Below, one piece after another: positions 23,318 through 36,496 of a stretch of 64,000 nt of DNA. The DNA comes from an uncultured Actinomycetes bacterium (GTDB lineage: Bacteria; Actinomycetota; Acidimicrobiia; IMCC26256; DASPTH01), in the NCBI GenBank assembly GCA_963726965.1, contig CAVSEI010000001.1:31924-95923 (forward strand). Direction: 5' to 3'. The stretch's first letter is position 1, and each line of letters opens with the position of its first letter. The notes beneath the pieces were generated by a model that saw nothing but the letters and a program-made list of their open reading frames with translations, was not told the origin of the DNA and did no database searches. A program made the position numbers and the translations under genes.

Positions 23318-24487
23318 ATGGCACCGCAACGAGAGTGGTTCGACAAGGACTACTACGCCGAGCTCGGCGTGTCGTCCGACGCGTCCGAGAAGGAGATCAC
23401 GCGCGCCTATCGCAAGCTGGCCAAGCAGTTCCACCCCGACGCGAACTCGGGTGACCACGCGGCCGAGGAACGCTTCAAGGAGATCTCCGCCGCGCACGAC
23501 GTGCTCGGCGACACCGAGAAGCGCAAGGAGTACGACGAGGTTCGCGAGATGGTCGCGTCCGGTGCCGGTCCCGGCGGCCCCGGCGGTTTCGGTGGCTTCG
23601 GTGGTGGCGACAGCGGGTTCGGTGGGTTCGGCGGGAACGTGCGCGTGGAAGATCTCGGCGACCTCGGCGGGATCTTCGGCAATCTGTTCGGTGGCGCGCG
23701 CGGCGGCGGACGGCGTGGGCGCGCGTCGGGACCAGTCGGTCCGCAGCGCGGCGACGACATCGAGACGGAGCTCCACCTCGACTTCCTCGACGCCGTCCAC
23801 GGCGTGACCACCTCGGTCAACATCACGTCGGACGCGCCGTGTCACGTGTGCAACGGTTCCGGCGCCAAGCCCGGGACGGTGCCCGAGATGTGCCCCACAT
23901 GCGGCGGCGCGGGTTCGGTCGCCGTCGATCAGGGCCCGTTCTCGTTCTCGCAGGTGTGTCCGACCTGTGGTGGGCGCGGCGCGGTCGTCAAGGACAAGTG
24001 CAAGAACTGCAAGGGTCGCGGCATCGAGATGCGACCCCGCACGGTGAAGGTCCGCATTCCCGCGGGCGTGGATGACGGCCAGCGCATCCGGGTCAAGGGC
24101 CGGGGTACTCCGGGCCTGCACGGCGCGCCGTCGGGCGACCTCTACGTCGTGGTGCATGTCGCGCCGCACCCGATCTTCGCCCGGAGCGGAAAGTGGGACC
24201 TCACGGTGAAGGTCCCGATCACGTTCCCCGAAGCGGTGCTCGGCGCGCAGGTGAAGGTCCCGACGCTCGACGCGGCGGTCACGGTGAAGGTGCCGCCCGG
24301 CACGCAGACGGGCAAGACCGTCCGGGTGCGCGGCCGCGGCATCCCCCGCACCTCGGGTGATCCGGGTGCATTGTTGGTCACCTTCGATGTCGTCGTTCCT
24401 CACGAGGTCGACGACGACGTCCGCGCCGCGGTCGAGGAGCTGGCCACGAAGTGGCCGGGAAACCCGAGAGAACATCTGGGGGTGTAG
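23318..24487 (+). CDS. dnaJ: Chaperone DnaJ
   Basis: J-domain HPD, G/F region, four CxxCxGxG repeats. Confidence 0.96.
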   Translation: MAPQREWFDKDYYAELGVSSDASEKEITRAYRKLAKQFHPDANSGDHAAEERFKEISAAHDVLGDTEKRKEYDEVREMVASGAGPGGPGGFGGFGGGDSGFGGFGGNVRVEDLGDLGGIFGNLFGGARGGGRRGRASGPVGPQRGDDIETELHLDFLDAVHGVTTSVNITSDAPCHVCNGSGAKPGTVPEMCPTCGGAGSVAVDQGPFSFSQVCPTCGGRGAVVKDKCKNCKGRGIEMRPRTVKVRIPAGVDDGQRIRVKGRGTPGLHGAPSGDLYVVVHVAPHPIFARSGKWDLTVKVPITFPEAVLGAQVKVPTLDAAVTVKVPPGTQTGKTVRVRGRGIPRTSGDPGALLVTFDVVVPHEVDDDVRAAVEELATKWPGNPREHLGV

Positions 24488-24490
24488 GCG

Positions 24491-24877
24491 ATGGACGACG
24501 ACCGCGCGCTCTACATCATCTCGGTCGCGGCGGAGTTGGCCGGCGTCCACCCGCAGACCCTCCGCATCTACGAGCGCAAGGGCCTCATCGCCCCGAGCCG
24601 GACCGAAGGCCGCAGCCGCCGCTACTCCGACCGCGACATCGCGCTCCTCCAGCGGATCCAGGAGCTCACCAACGGCGGCGTCAGCCTGGCCGGGGTTCGA
24701 CGGATCCTGGACCTCGAGGCCGCGCTCGAGGAGCTGCGCGACGAGGTCGCGGATCTGCACGAGGCCCTGGGCCGAGCCCGGGAGGACCTCCAGACCGCGG
24801 TCCGCGATGTCCACCGCAGCTACCGGCGGGATCTCGTCCCCGTGAGCCGAGCCGTGGTGCGCGTGCCCCGCCACTGA
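24491..24877 (+). CDS. hspR: Heat shock repressor HspR (MerR family)
   Basis: YIISVAAELAGVHPQTLRIYERKGL; follows dnaJ. Confidence 0.93.
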   Translation: MDDDRALYIISVAAELAGVHPQTLRIYERKGLIAPSRTEGRSRRYSDRDIALLQRIQELTNGGVSLAGVRRILDLEAALEELRDEVADLHEALGRAREDLQTAVRDVHRSYRRDLVPVSRAVVRVPRH

Positions 24878-24970
24878 CCCTCAAGCCCCGGGACCCGCGG
24901 GTCGAAGAACCATCACCGGCTCCCTGTCGGGTTGGGCCCCAGATTCACTGGCGAGAAGGGCAGCAACACC

Positions 24971-27097
24971 ATGAAGAGTTGGTCGAGCCGTATCACACGC
25001 AGCGTGGCGCTCGCGGCTTTGGTCTGTGCACCGTTGGCGACGCTCGTCGTCGTCACGGCCGGAACCGCAAGTGCGCTGTCAGCGGGGAACAACGTGTCGA
25101 ACCCCACCGACCTGCAGAAGTTCGAGGACGGGAGCTACACCCACCTCGACCTGACCACGGATCTCACGCTCAGCGACGGAGACTGCGGGCAGTACGTCCG
25201 TGACACCGGCAACAGCCTGGTGTTCGACGGACACGGGTTCACCATCACCCAGTCGAGCAGCTGTGACGATCGCATCTTCAAGCAGCACGACATCGGGCCG
25301 ATCACGTTCCAGCACATCACGCTGAGCGGTGGGAACCGGTTCGACGGTTCCGGCGGCGCGGTGTCGTCCGACGGACCGATCACGCTCATCGACTCGACGT
25401 TCAGCGACAACTCGGTCACGTACGGAAACTGCGACCAGTCCGTCATCGACGTCGACGCTCCGAACTACTGCGGTTGGCCGGTCGGTGGCGCGATCTTCTC
25501 CGAGACCACCGTCACGCTGACCGACTCGTCGGTCACCGGCAACCACGCGGATGACTCCGGTGGCGGCATCTTCTCCGCTGCCGACGTCAACCTGACCAAC
25601 TCCCACATCGACGGCAACACCGCCGGTGGGGCCGAGGCCGAGTACTGCTGGTGTTCCGGTGGTGGTTTCGTGAGCGAGGGCAGCGCGGTGGTCGACGGCT
25701 CCACCGTCAACGACAACTCGGCGACGTGTCTCGACAACTGCGGTGCGTCCGGCGGCGGGTTCCTCGCCGAAGGCGCGACCTCGGTGACCAATTCCTCCGT
25801 GAACGGCAACGACGCCGGCTGCGACCACTCGTGTGACGCGCTCGGTGGCGGCTTCAGTGGCGGTGGTCTCACCGCGAACATGCAGACGGCCGGACAGACG
25901 AACGCCCGCGTGGGCGCGGCGGTCGTCGCCGACGCCGGTGCGGTCCTGGTCGACCACTCGGACGTGTCGGGCGACTCGGCCACCTGTAACGAGTTCTTCG
26001 ACGTCGCCACCGCCGCCACGTACGGCTACAACTGCGGTGCCGGCGGTGGGTTCTACGCCTACCAGGCCACGGCGGTCGACGTCACCGCCTCGACGTTGAG
26101 CGACAACACCGCCACCACCTACGGCGGTGCGCTCTCGACCGGTACCAAGTGCGACACGGACTGTGAGCCGCTCCTCGTGCGGGTCACCAACTCGACCGTC
26201 ACCGGGAACAGCTCAGGCGGTTCGGGTGCGATCGACGTCAGCGGTCCGGATGAGACGCTCAACCTCACCTACGACACCATCGACGCGAACACCCTCACCG
26301 ATCTCCTCCAGCAGGCATCGGCGGGGAATGTCCGTGCGCAGCTCACGCAGGATCCCGCGGCCAACGTGTCGGCGACGGATCTGCACGCGTTCGCCACGAA
26401 CATCACCGACCCGATCGGTGGCGTCAACTGCGAGATCTGGGACGCCGCGGACTCGTCCGGGTACAACTACCTGGACGACGACTCGTGCCAGCTCGCGGCC
26501 TCGAGCGACAGTGACGCCTCCGCCAACGACCCGCTGCTCGGTGCGTTGGGCGACAACGGTGGGGCCACGCCGACCCAGCTGCCGAAGACCGGCAGCCCGT
26601 TGATCGACAACGTCCTGCTGGCCGACTGCAGTGGCGGCGACACCCTCGCCGGCGTCGAGGTCACCACGGACCAGCGCGACATCACCCGCCCGCAGATCAA
26701 GGGCTGCGACACGGGCGCGGTCGAGGTCGAGGCTGCGAGCATCTCGGTGGTCAAGACCGTGAGCGGTCTCGGCGGGCAGGTCGTGCCCTTCGCCGGTCCG
26801 TACAGCTTCGGCGTGACGTGCACCGATGGATCCGCCGGCACCCTCACGGTGGCCAGCCCGAGCGGTGGCAAGTCGGATTCGCTGGGTCACATCAAGCCCG
26901 GCTCCACGTGCACGGTGGCGGAGAAGCCGGTCGTCGTCGACGGGGTCGCCGCCGGCACCACCTACGCCCCGTCCGCGAGCATCGTGGTCAAAGCGGACAC
27001 GCCCGACGGCAGCCCCAACGTCGTCACCGTGAACAACGACTACGCCCAGATCCTGGCGGCTCGGGCCATCCGGCTCCAGCCGAAGTTCACCGGCTGA
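24971..27097 (+). CDS. Secreted beta-helix (Pmp-like GG repeats) protein with choice-of-anchor-Q-like and C-terminal Ig/CnaB-like domains
   Basis: Signal peptide ending ASA; GGAI/GGGI/GGGF repeats; DPLLGALGDNGG...DQR...CDTGAVE; VVKTV...VTVNN domain. Confidence 0.75.
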   Translation: MKSWSSRITRSVALAALVCAPLATLVVVTAGTASALSAGNNVSNPTDLQKFEDGSYTHLDLTTDLTLSDGDCGQYVRDTGNSLVFDGHGFTITQSSSCDDRIFKQHDIGPITFQHITLSGGNRFDGSGGAVSSDGPITLIDSTFSDNSVTYGNCDQSVIDVDAPNYCGWPVGGAIFSETTVTLTDSSVTGNHADDSGGGIFSAADVNLTNSHIDGNTAGGAEAEYCWCSGGGFVSEGSAVVDGSTVNDNSATCLDNCGASGGGFLAEGATSVTNSSVNGNDAGCDHSCDALGGGFSGGGLTANMQTAGQTNARVGAAVVADAGAVLVDHSDVSGDSATCNEFFDVATAATYGYNCGAGGGFYAYQATAVDVTASTLSDNTATTYGGALSTGTKCDTDCEPLLVRVTNSTVTGNSSGGSGAIDVSGPDETLNLTYDTIDANTLTDLLQQASAGNVRAQLTQDPAANVSATDLHAFATNITDPIGGVNCEIWDAADSSGYNYLDDDSCQLAASSDSDASANDPLLGALGDNGGATPTQLPKTGSPLIDNVLLADCSGGDTLAGVEVTTDQRDITRPQIKGCDTGAVEVEAASISVVKTVSGLGGQVVPFAGPYSFGVTCTDGSAGTLTVASPSGGKSDSLGHIKPGSTCTVAEKPVVVDGVAAGTTYAPSASIVVKADTPDGSPNVVTVNNDYAQILAARAIRLQPKFTG

Positions 27098-27124
27098 TCC
27101 AGCCTTCGACGAGTGATGGATGCT

Positions 27125-27165
27125 GAAGAGGCCCGACGCTCCGGCGCCGGGCCTCTTCTCTTTCT
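27125..27165 (+). terminator. Rho-independent terminator
   Basis: GAAGAGGCCCG...CGGGCCTCTTC followed by TCTTTCT. Confidence 0.75.
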
Positions 27166-27187
27166 CGTCGGGGGGTCGAGGAATAAA

Positions 27188-27208
27188 CTTGATGGCAATG
27201 TTGTCAAC
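27188..27208 (+). promoter_or_regulatory. HAIR-like HspR operator upstream of clpB
   Basis: CTTGATG-N7-TGTCAAC in an AT-rich patch 35 nt before the clpB ATG. Confidence 0.65.
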
Positions 27209-27243
27209 TTTGGGGACGGTTCCCTTCACCCCGAGGTAGACGC

Positions 27244-29826
<2,583 letters not shown>

Positions 29827-29827
29827 G

Positions 29828-29883
29828 ACTTCCGAACATCTCGGGGTTCACGTGCACATGTGCGGGTCAACTCCGAGATGTTC
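29828..29883. repeat. REP-like palindrome, family A copy 1
   Basis: ACTTCCGAACATCTCG...CAACTCCGAGATGTTC; second copy at 38782..38840. Confidence 0.85.
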
Positions 29884-29918
29884 AGGGCGGGATGTTCAGG
29901 GCGGGATGTTGAGGGCGG
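29877..29918 (+). repeat. 14-bp tandem repeat x3 (GATGTTCAGGGCGG)
   Basis: Copies at 29877, 29891 and 29905 (one mismatch); first copy overlaps the REP-A arm. Confidence 0.85.
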
Positions 29919-29956
29919 TTGGTCGACTAAACTCTCGTCAACGTGACACCAGTTGA

Positions 29957-31270
<1,314 letters not shown>

Positions 31271-31274
<4 letters not shown>

Positions 31275-32614
31275 GAACGCTCGTCGTCGGGTCCGGGGGG
31301 CGGGAGCACGCGCTGGTCTGGGCGTTGTGCCAGTCGCCGGGCGCGCCCGAGGTGTTTGCCGCGCCGGGGAACCCCGGGATCGCCGAGCTCGCGCTGTGCT
31401 TCCCTGTCGACGCGTCGGCTCCTGACGCCGTGGCCCAGCTCGCGGACGACCTGGCCGTCGACCTCGTCGTCGTCGGCCCCGAGGTGCCGCTGGTCGCGGG
31501 AGTGGCCGATGCCGTTCGTGCTCGGGGTCGTCTCGCGTTCGGTCCGGGTGCTGCGGGCGCGCGACTCGAGGGTTCGAAGGCGTGGATGAAGCAGGTGCTC
31601 GCCGACGCCGGCGTGCCGACCGCGCGACACGCGGTGTTCGGCGCCGAGGACGAGGAGGGCGCGCTCGCGTTCCTCGAGCAGTTCGCGCCGCCGTACGTGG
31701 TGAAGACCGACGGACTCGCGGCCGGCAAGGGCGTGGTCGTCACCGAGTCACTGGCCGACGCACGCGATGCCGTGCGCGCCTACCTCTGCGGTGAGGCATT
31801 CGGCGACGCCGGTCGCACCCTGGTGATCGAGGAGGGCCTCGCCGGTCCCGAGTTGTCGTTGCTCGTCGTGTGCAACGGTGATCCCGACGCCGCGCTGCCG
31901 CTCGCGCCTGCGCAGGACTACAAGCGCATCGGCGACGGCGACACCGGCCCGAACACCGGCGGCATGGGCGCGTACTCACCGGTGCCGATCGTCGATCGTG
32001 CGATGGTCGACACGGTGATGGACCGCGCGGTGCGGCCGACGCTGCACTGGCTGGCCCGCAACGGGGCCGAGTATCGCGGCGTGCTCTACGCAGGGATGAT
32101 GCTCACCGCCGACGGGCCGAAGGTGATCGAGTACAACGTGCGCTTCGGTGACCCTGAATGTCAGGCCGTGCTCCCCCGGGTCACGTCAGACTTCGCCGAG
32201 TTGGTACGCGCCGCAGCTGCGGGCGACGCGCTCGACGTCACCTTCTCCGACGACGCCTGTGTCACCGTGGTGCTCGCCAGCGACGGATACCCGGCCGCAC
32301 CGCGAACGGGTGATGTCATCATCGGGCTCGACGTCGCCAGCGCAGTGAACTCGGTCACGGTCTTCCACGCGGGAACCGCGCGCGACACTGACGGCACGCT
32401 CGTGACCGCGGGTGGTCGGGTGCTCGACGTCACCGCGACCGGTACCGACCTCGCCGTCGCGCGGACCCGCGCGTACGAGGCGGTCGGGTTGATCTCGTGG
32501 GACGGGATGCACCATCGAAGCGACATCGCCGGCTCCGTGCCGGAACGGGGGACCGGCTCCGTGCCGGAACGGAAGATCAGCGCACCCGGCGACGGGTCCG
32601 AACGCCCGCGATGA
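31271..32614 (+). CDS. purD: Phosphoribosylamine-glycine ligase
   Basis: [35 protein letters not shown]. Confidence 0.96.
32529..32572 (+). repeat. 20-bp direct repeat with a 24-bp period at the purD 3' end
   Basis: CCGGCTCCGTGCCGGAACGG at 32529 and 32553 (GSVPER x2). Confidence 0.85.
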
Positions 32615-32747
32615 CGAGTGAACAGGGGATGCAGCGCAACGGCCCACCATCCTTCGGCGGCGGGACGAGGCAGACCGCGCACCAGTACTGGCCGCACTCC
32701 TCACATTCCGCGACCGCGTGTTCGGTCCAGTGCTTGGTGCAGTTCAT
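32577..32747 (-). CDS. Small B-box-like zinc-finger protein (56 aa; absent from the ORF track)
   Basis: [56 protein letters not shown]; GAGGAGG and GGGGGTG upstream. Confidence 0.8.
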   Translation of the reverse strand: MNCTKHWTEHAVAECEECGQYWCAVCLVPPPKDGGPLRCIPCSLVIAGVRTRRRVR

Positions 32748-32833
32748 CACCCCCGCTCGACCTCCTCAGTCAGCCTCAGGCCGCTCCGCGGCATTCTCGC
32801 CTCGTAGAGTGTTCGGCAGGAGGAAGGGCCCCC

Positions 32834-34147
32834 TTGATAGACCGCTACGCACTGCCTGAGATTGCTGGCCTCTTCACGGACGAGGCCCGGTTCCGTGCCT
32901 GGCTGGAGGTCGAGATCCTCGCCACCGAAGCCTGGGCCAAATTGGGCGTGGTGCCCGCCGCCGACGCCGTGGCGGTCCGGGAGCGGGCCGATTTCACCGT
33001 CGCCGCCGTCCACGAGCGGGAACAGACCACCGAGCATGATGTCGCGGCATTCGTCGACGTGGTCCAGGAGCGCATCGGGGCGCCGGCCGGCTCGTGGCTC
33101 CACTACGGCCTGACCTCGAGTGACGTCGTCGACACCGCGCTGTCGGTGGTCCTCGTCCAGGCGTGCGACCTCATCCTCGAGGCCGCCGCCGCCCTCGAGA
33201 CCGCCATCACCGAGCAGGCCCACGCCCACCGGGCGACCCCGATGGCCGGTCGAACCCACGGTGTCCACGCCGAGCCCACCACCTTCGGGGTCAAACTCGC
33301 GCTCTGGGCGATGCAGGTCCACCGGGACCGCGAGCGCCTCACGCGGGCGCGGCGCGCGATCGCGGTCGGGAAGTTGTCGGGCGCGGTGGGGACGTATTCC
33401 AACATCGACCCGGCGGTCGAGGCGTACGTGTGCGAAGCGCTCGGTCTCACCGCGGTGCCGGCAACCCAGGTGATCGCGCGCGACCGGCACGCGGAGTTGC
33501 TCTACGCGTGCGCGTCGGTGGGCGCCACCATCGAGGCGTTCGCCACCGAGATCCGCCATCTCCAACGCACCGAGGTGCGCGAGGTCGAGGAGCCGTTCCG
33601 CGCCGGTTCGCAGAAGGGTTCGAGTGCGATGCCGCACAAGCGCAACCCGGTGAAGGCCGAGCAACTCAGCGGACTCGCCCGTGTCCTGCGCGGCAACCTG
33701 CAGGCCGGGCTCGAGAATGTCGCCCTGTGGCACGAGCGCGACATCTCGCATTCGTCGGTCGAACGGATCATCCTCCCGGACTCGCTGCAGCTCGCGTACT
33801 ACGTGCTCGTCAAGTTCCGCAGCATCGTCGAAGGGATGCACGTCTACCCCGAACGGATGAAGGAGAACCTCGACGCGTCGTACGGGCTCGTGTTCAGCCA
33901 GCCGGTGCTGTTGGCCCTGGTCGAGTCGGGGATGACGCGCGACGACGCCTACCGCGCGGTGCAGCGCAACGCCATGCTCACGTGGGAGTCGCGCCGCCCG
34001 TTCCTCGACGTGCTGCGAGAAGACACCGGTGTCGTCGCCGCGCTCGGCGATGATCGTCTGGCCGCCTGCTTCGATCTGACCGCCGCGCTGGCCAACGTCG
34101 ACCGCACCTTCGATGCCCTCGACGCGCTGGCCCCGGTGCGCGAGTGA
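32834..34147 (+). CDS. purB: Adenylosuccinate lyase
   Basis: TTG start after AGGAGGAAGG; IDRY, GRTHGVHAEP, GSSAMPHKRNP. Confidence 0.96.
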   Translation: MIDRYALPEIAGLFTDEARFRAWLEVEILATEAWAKLGVVPAADAVAVRERADFTVAAVHEREQTTEHDVAAFVDVVQERIGAPAGSWLHYGLTSSDVVDTALSVVLVQACDLILEAAAALETAITEQAHAHRATPMAGRTHGVHAEPTTFGVKLALWAMQVHRDRERLTRARRAIAVGKLSGAVGTYSNIDPAVEAYVCEALGLTAVPATQVIARDRHAELLYACASVGATIEAFATEIRHLQRTEVREVEEPFRAGSQKGSSAMPHKRNPVKAEQLSGLARVLRGNLQAGLENVALWHERDISHSSVERIILPDSLQLAYYVLVKFRSIVEGMHVYPERMKENLDASYGLVFSQPVLLALVESGMTRDDAYRAVQRNAMLTWESRRPFLDVLREDTGVVAALGDDRLAACFDLTAALANVDRTFDALDALAPVRE

Positions 34148-35028
34148 ACCGGCTCTCACTCCCTCATCGCTACAGCGGCAAGGTCCGCGAGCTCTACGAG
34201 GTCGATCACGACCGCATGCTGGTCGTTGCCTCCGACCGCGTGTCGGTGTTCGACGTCGTGCTCCCTGATCTCATCCCCGACAAGGGACGCGTGCTCACCG
34301 CGCTGTCGACGTTCTGGTTCGAGCAGACGGCCCGCCTCGCGCCCAACCATCTCATCTCCTCGGACCCGACCGACTTCCCCGAGACCGCCGGCGCGGAGAT
34401 CGCGGGGCGAGCCATGTTGGTGAGGGCGGCGCAGCCGGTACGGCTGGAATGTGTCGCGCGGGGGTACCTGTTCGGGTCGGCCTGGTCGGACTATCAGGAG
34501 ACCGGCAGGGTCTCGGGCCGGTCGCTCCCGCCCGGGTTGCGCCAGGCCGAGCAGCTGCCCGCGCCCATCTTCACGCCGACGACCAAGGCCGACGAGGGCC
34601 ACGACCTCCCGCTCGGCGATGCCGAGGCTGCCGCACTGGTCGGCGCCGATCGCTACGACGAACTCCGCGAGCTCACCCTGGCGATCTACACGTTCGGTGC
34701 CGCCCACGCCGCCGAGCGGGGACTGATCCTCGCCGACACGAAGCTCGAGTTCGGTGAGGTCGACGGCCGGCTCGTGGTCATCGACGAGATGATGACCCCC
34801 GATTCGTCGCGCTACTGGGGCGCGGACGATCACGTGGTCGGCACGTCGCCGCCGTCGTTCGACAAGCAGTACGTCCGCGACCACTACCTCTCGATCGGGT
34901 GGGACCAACAGCCCCCGGTGCCCCGCATGCCCGAGAGCGTGATCGAGGGCACACGGGCGCGGTACGTCGAGGCGTACGAGCAGGTGAGCGGACGCAGCTT
35001 CGACACCTGGTACGGAGACGCAGCATGA
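34144..35028 (+). CDS. purC: SAICAR synthetase
   Basis: YSGKVRELY, SDRVSVFD, ADTKLEFG, TPDSSRYW. Confidence 0.96.
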   Translation: MNRLSLPHRYSGKVRELYEVDHDRMLVVASDRVSVFDVVLPDLIPDKGRVLTALSTFWFEQTARLAPNHLISSDPTDFPETAGAEIAGRAMLVRAAQPVRLECVARGYLFGSAWSDYQETGRVSGRSLPPGLRQAEQLPAPIFTPTTKADEGHDLPLGDAEAAALVGADRYDELRELTLAIYTFGAAHAAERGLILADTKLEFGEVDGRLVVIDEMMTPDSSRYWGADDHVVGTSPPSFDKQYVRDHYLSIGWDQQPPVPRMPESVIEGTRARYVEAYEQVSGRSFDTWYGDAA

Positions 35029-35276
35029 GATTCGCAGTGCGCATCGACGTCACCCACCTTCCGGGGGTGCTCGACCCGCAGGGCGCGACGGTGGAGCGTG
35101 CGCTCCCTGCGCTCGGGTACGACAACGTCGCCGAGGTGTCGATTGCCAAGACGATCCGGTTGGCCCTCGATGCCGCATCAGAGGCCGACGCCCGGTCCCA
35201 GGTCGACGACATGTGCCAGCGTCTGCTCGCCAACCCGGTGATCGAGCGCTACACGGTGGAGATCGCCGCATCATGA
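35025..35276 (+). CDS. purS: FGAM synthase subunit PurS
   Basis: VLDPQG, LLANPVIE. Confidence 0.93.
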   Translation: MRFAVRIDVTHLPGVLDPQGATVERALPALGYDNVAEVSIAKTIRLALDAASEADARSQVDDMCQRLLANPVIERYTVEIAAS

Positions 35277-35956
35277 CGGCACGCGTCGGCGTCGTCGTGT
35301 TCCCGGGGACGAACTGCGAGCTCGATGTCGTGTGGGCGGTCGAGGAGCTCGGCGGTACCGCAGAGCTGCTGTGGCACGGGGACCGAACCGTGCACGGCGT
35401 CGACGCGGTGGTGGTGCCCGGTGGCTTCGCCCACGGCGACTACCTGCGTACCGGCGCCATCGCCCGATTCTCACCCGTGATGGACGCGGTCGCCGAGCAC
35501 GCCGCGAGCGGCGGTCCGGTCGTCGGGATCTGCAACGGCTTCCAGGTCCTCACCGAGGCGGGCCTCCTCCCGGGTGCACTCCAGAAGAACGTCGGGCTCA
35601 CGTTCGTGTGCGACACCGTCGAGCTCGAAGTGGTGAGCACTCGGTCGGTCCTGACCAACCAGGCAACCGTGGGCCAGATCCTGCGCGTCCCCATCAACCA
35701 CTTCGAGGGCAACTACGTGTGCGATGCCGACACGTTGACCCGCCTCCGCGACGAAGATCGTGTCGTGGTGCGCTACGTCCGCAATCCGAACGGCAGTCTC
35801 GACGACATCGCCGGCATCAGCAACGAGGCGGGCAACGTGGTCGGGCTGATGCCCCACCCGGAGCGTGCCAGCTCGCCGCTGCTCGGCAGCGCCGACGGCA
35901 TCGTGCTGCTGGAGTCCCTGCTCACCGCGGCGCGGTCGACCGTCGGGTCACGCTGA
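35273..35956 (+). CDS. purQ: FGAM synthase glutaminase subunit PurQ
   Basis: FPGTNC, GGFAHGDYLR, GICNGFQ, MPHPER. Confidence 0.96.
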   Translation: MTARVGVVVFPGTNCELDVVWAVEELGGTAELLWHGDRTVHGVDAVVVPGGFAHGDYLRTGAIARFSPVMDAVAEHAASGGPVVGICNGFQVLTEAGLLPGALQKNVGLTFVCDTVELEVVSTRSVLTNQATVGQILRVPINHFEGNYVCDADTLTRLRDEDRVVVRYVRNPNGSLDDIAGISNEAGNVVGLMPHPERASSPLLGSADGIVLLESLLTAARSTVGSR

Positions 35957-36358
35957 GCGCGAGATCCCGGCCTGCTTCAGCACGTCGGCCGACACGCCGA
36001 GCTCGCGCCAGGCGGCGTACGAGATGCCCTTCCGCTGTGCGTACTGCGCCGCCGTCTTGACGAATGCGCCTTCGAGGGCGGAGAGGTCGACGTTGGTGTT
36101 CATGGTCTCGAGCTCACGTTTGAGGTCCATGCGTTCCTGCACCAATTGGAGCTGTTGCAGCGCCGACACATCGTCGAATTGTGCGTCTATCACGGCCAGC
36201 CGCTTGGTGATGGACTCTGGCGTGCGCTTGCGGCCGCGCCGCGGGCGGTTCTGTTGCAACGCTTCCAGGTAGTTCTTCACCGCGCGACCTTCGGCGCGCC
36301 CTTCCGCGAGCGCGGCTTTGTGCTGGGCGGTCATGGTTCGGGTCGTGGCTTTCGCCAT
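35948..36358 (-). CDS. Basic helical hypothetical protein with an RRGRK motif (candidate nucleoid-associated protein)
   Basis: 136-aa clean ORF: HKAALAEGR...YLEAL...RPRRGRKRTPESI...coiled coil...YAQRKGISYAAWRELGV. Confidence 0.75.
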   Translation of the reverse strand: MAKATTRTMTAQHKAALAEGRAEGRAVKNYLEALQQNRPRRGRKRTPESITKRLAVIDAQFDDVSALQQLQLVQERMDLKRELETMNTNVDLSALEGAFVKTAAQYAQRKGISYAAWRELGVSADVLKQAGISRSA

Positions 36359-36496
36359 GAGATCGCTCCCGTCGATAGCGGACGTACTGACGCGTTCATT
36401 GGTTCTATCACTCGCGCCGCTTTTCACCTATAGCGGAGCCGCGGATCCCCAGATCAATGCCAAAGAAAGCGCCTTGGCTACGATGCGATCCGACTC

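Noticed and set aside
26579-26593. LPKTG sortase signal
   Set aside because: It is internal, within the choice-of-anchor-Q-like motif, with no following TM helix or basic tail
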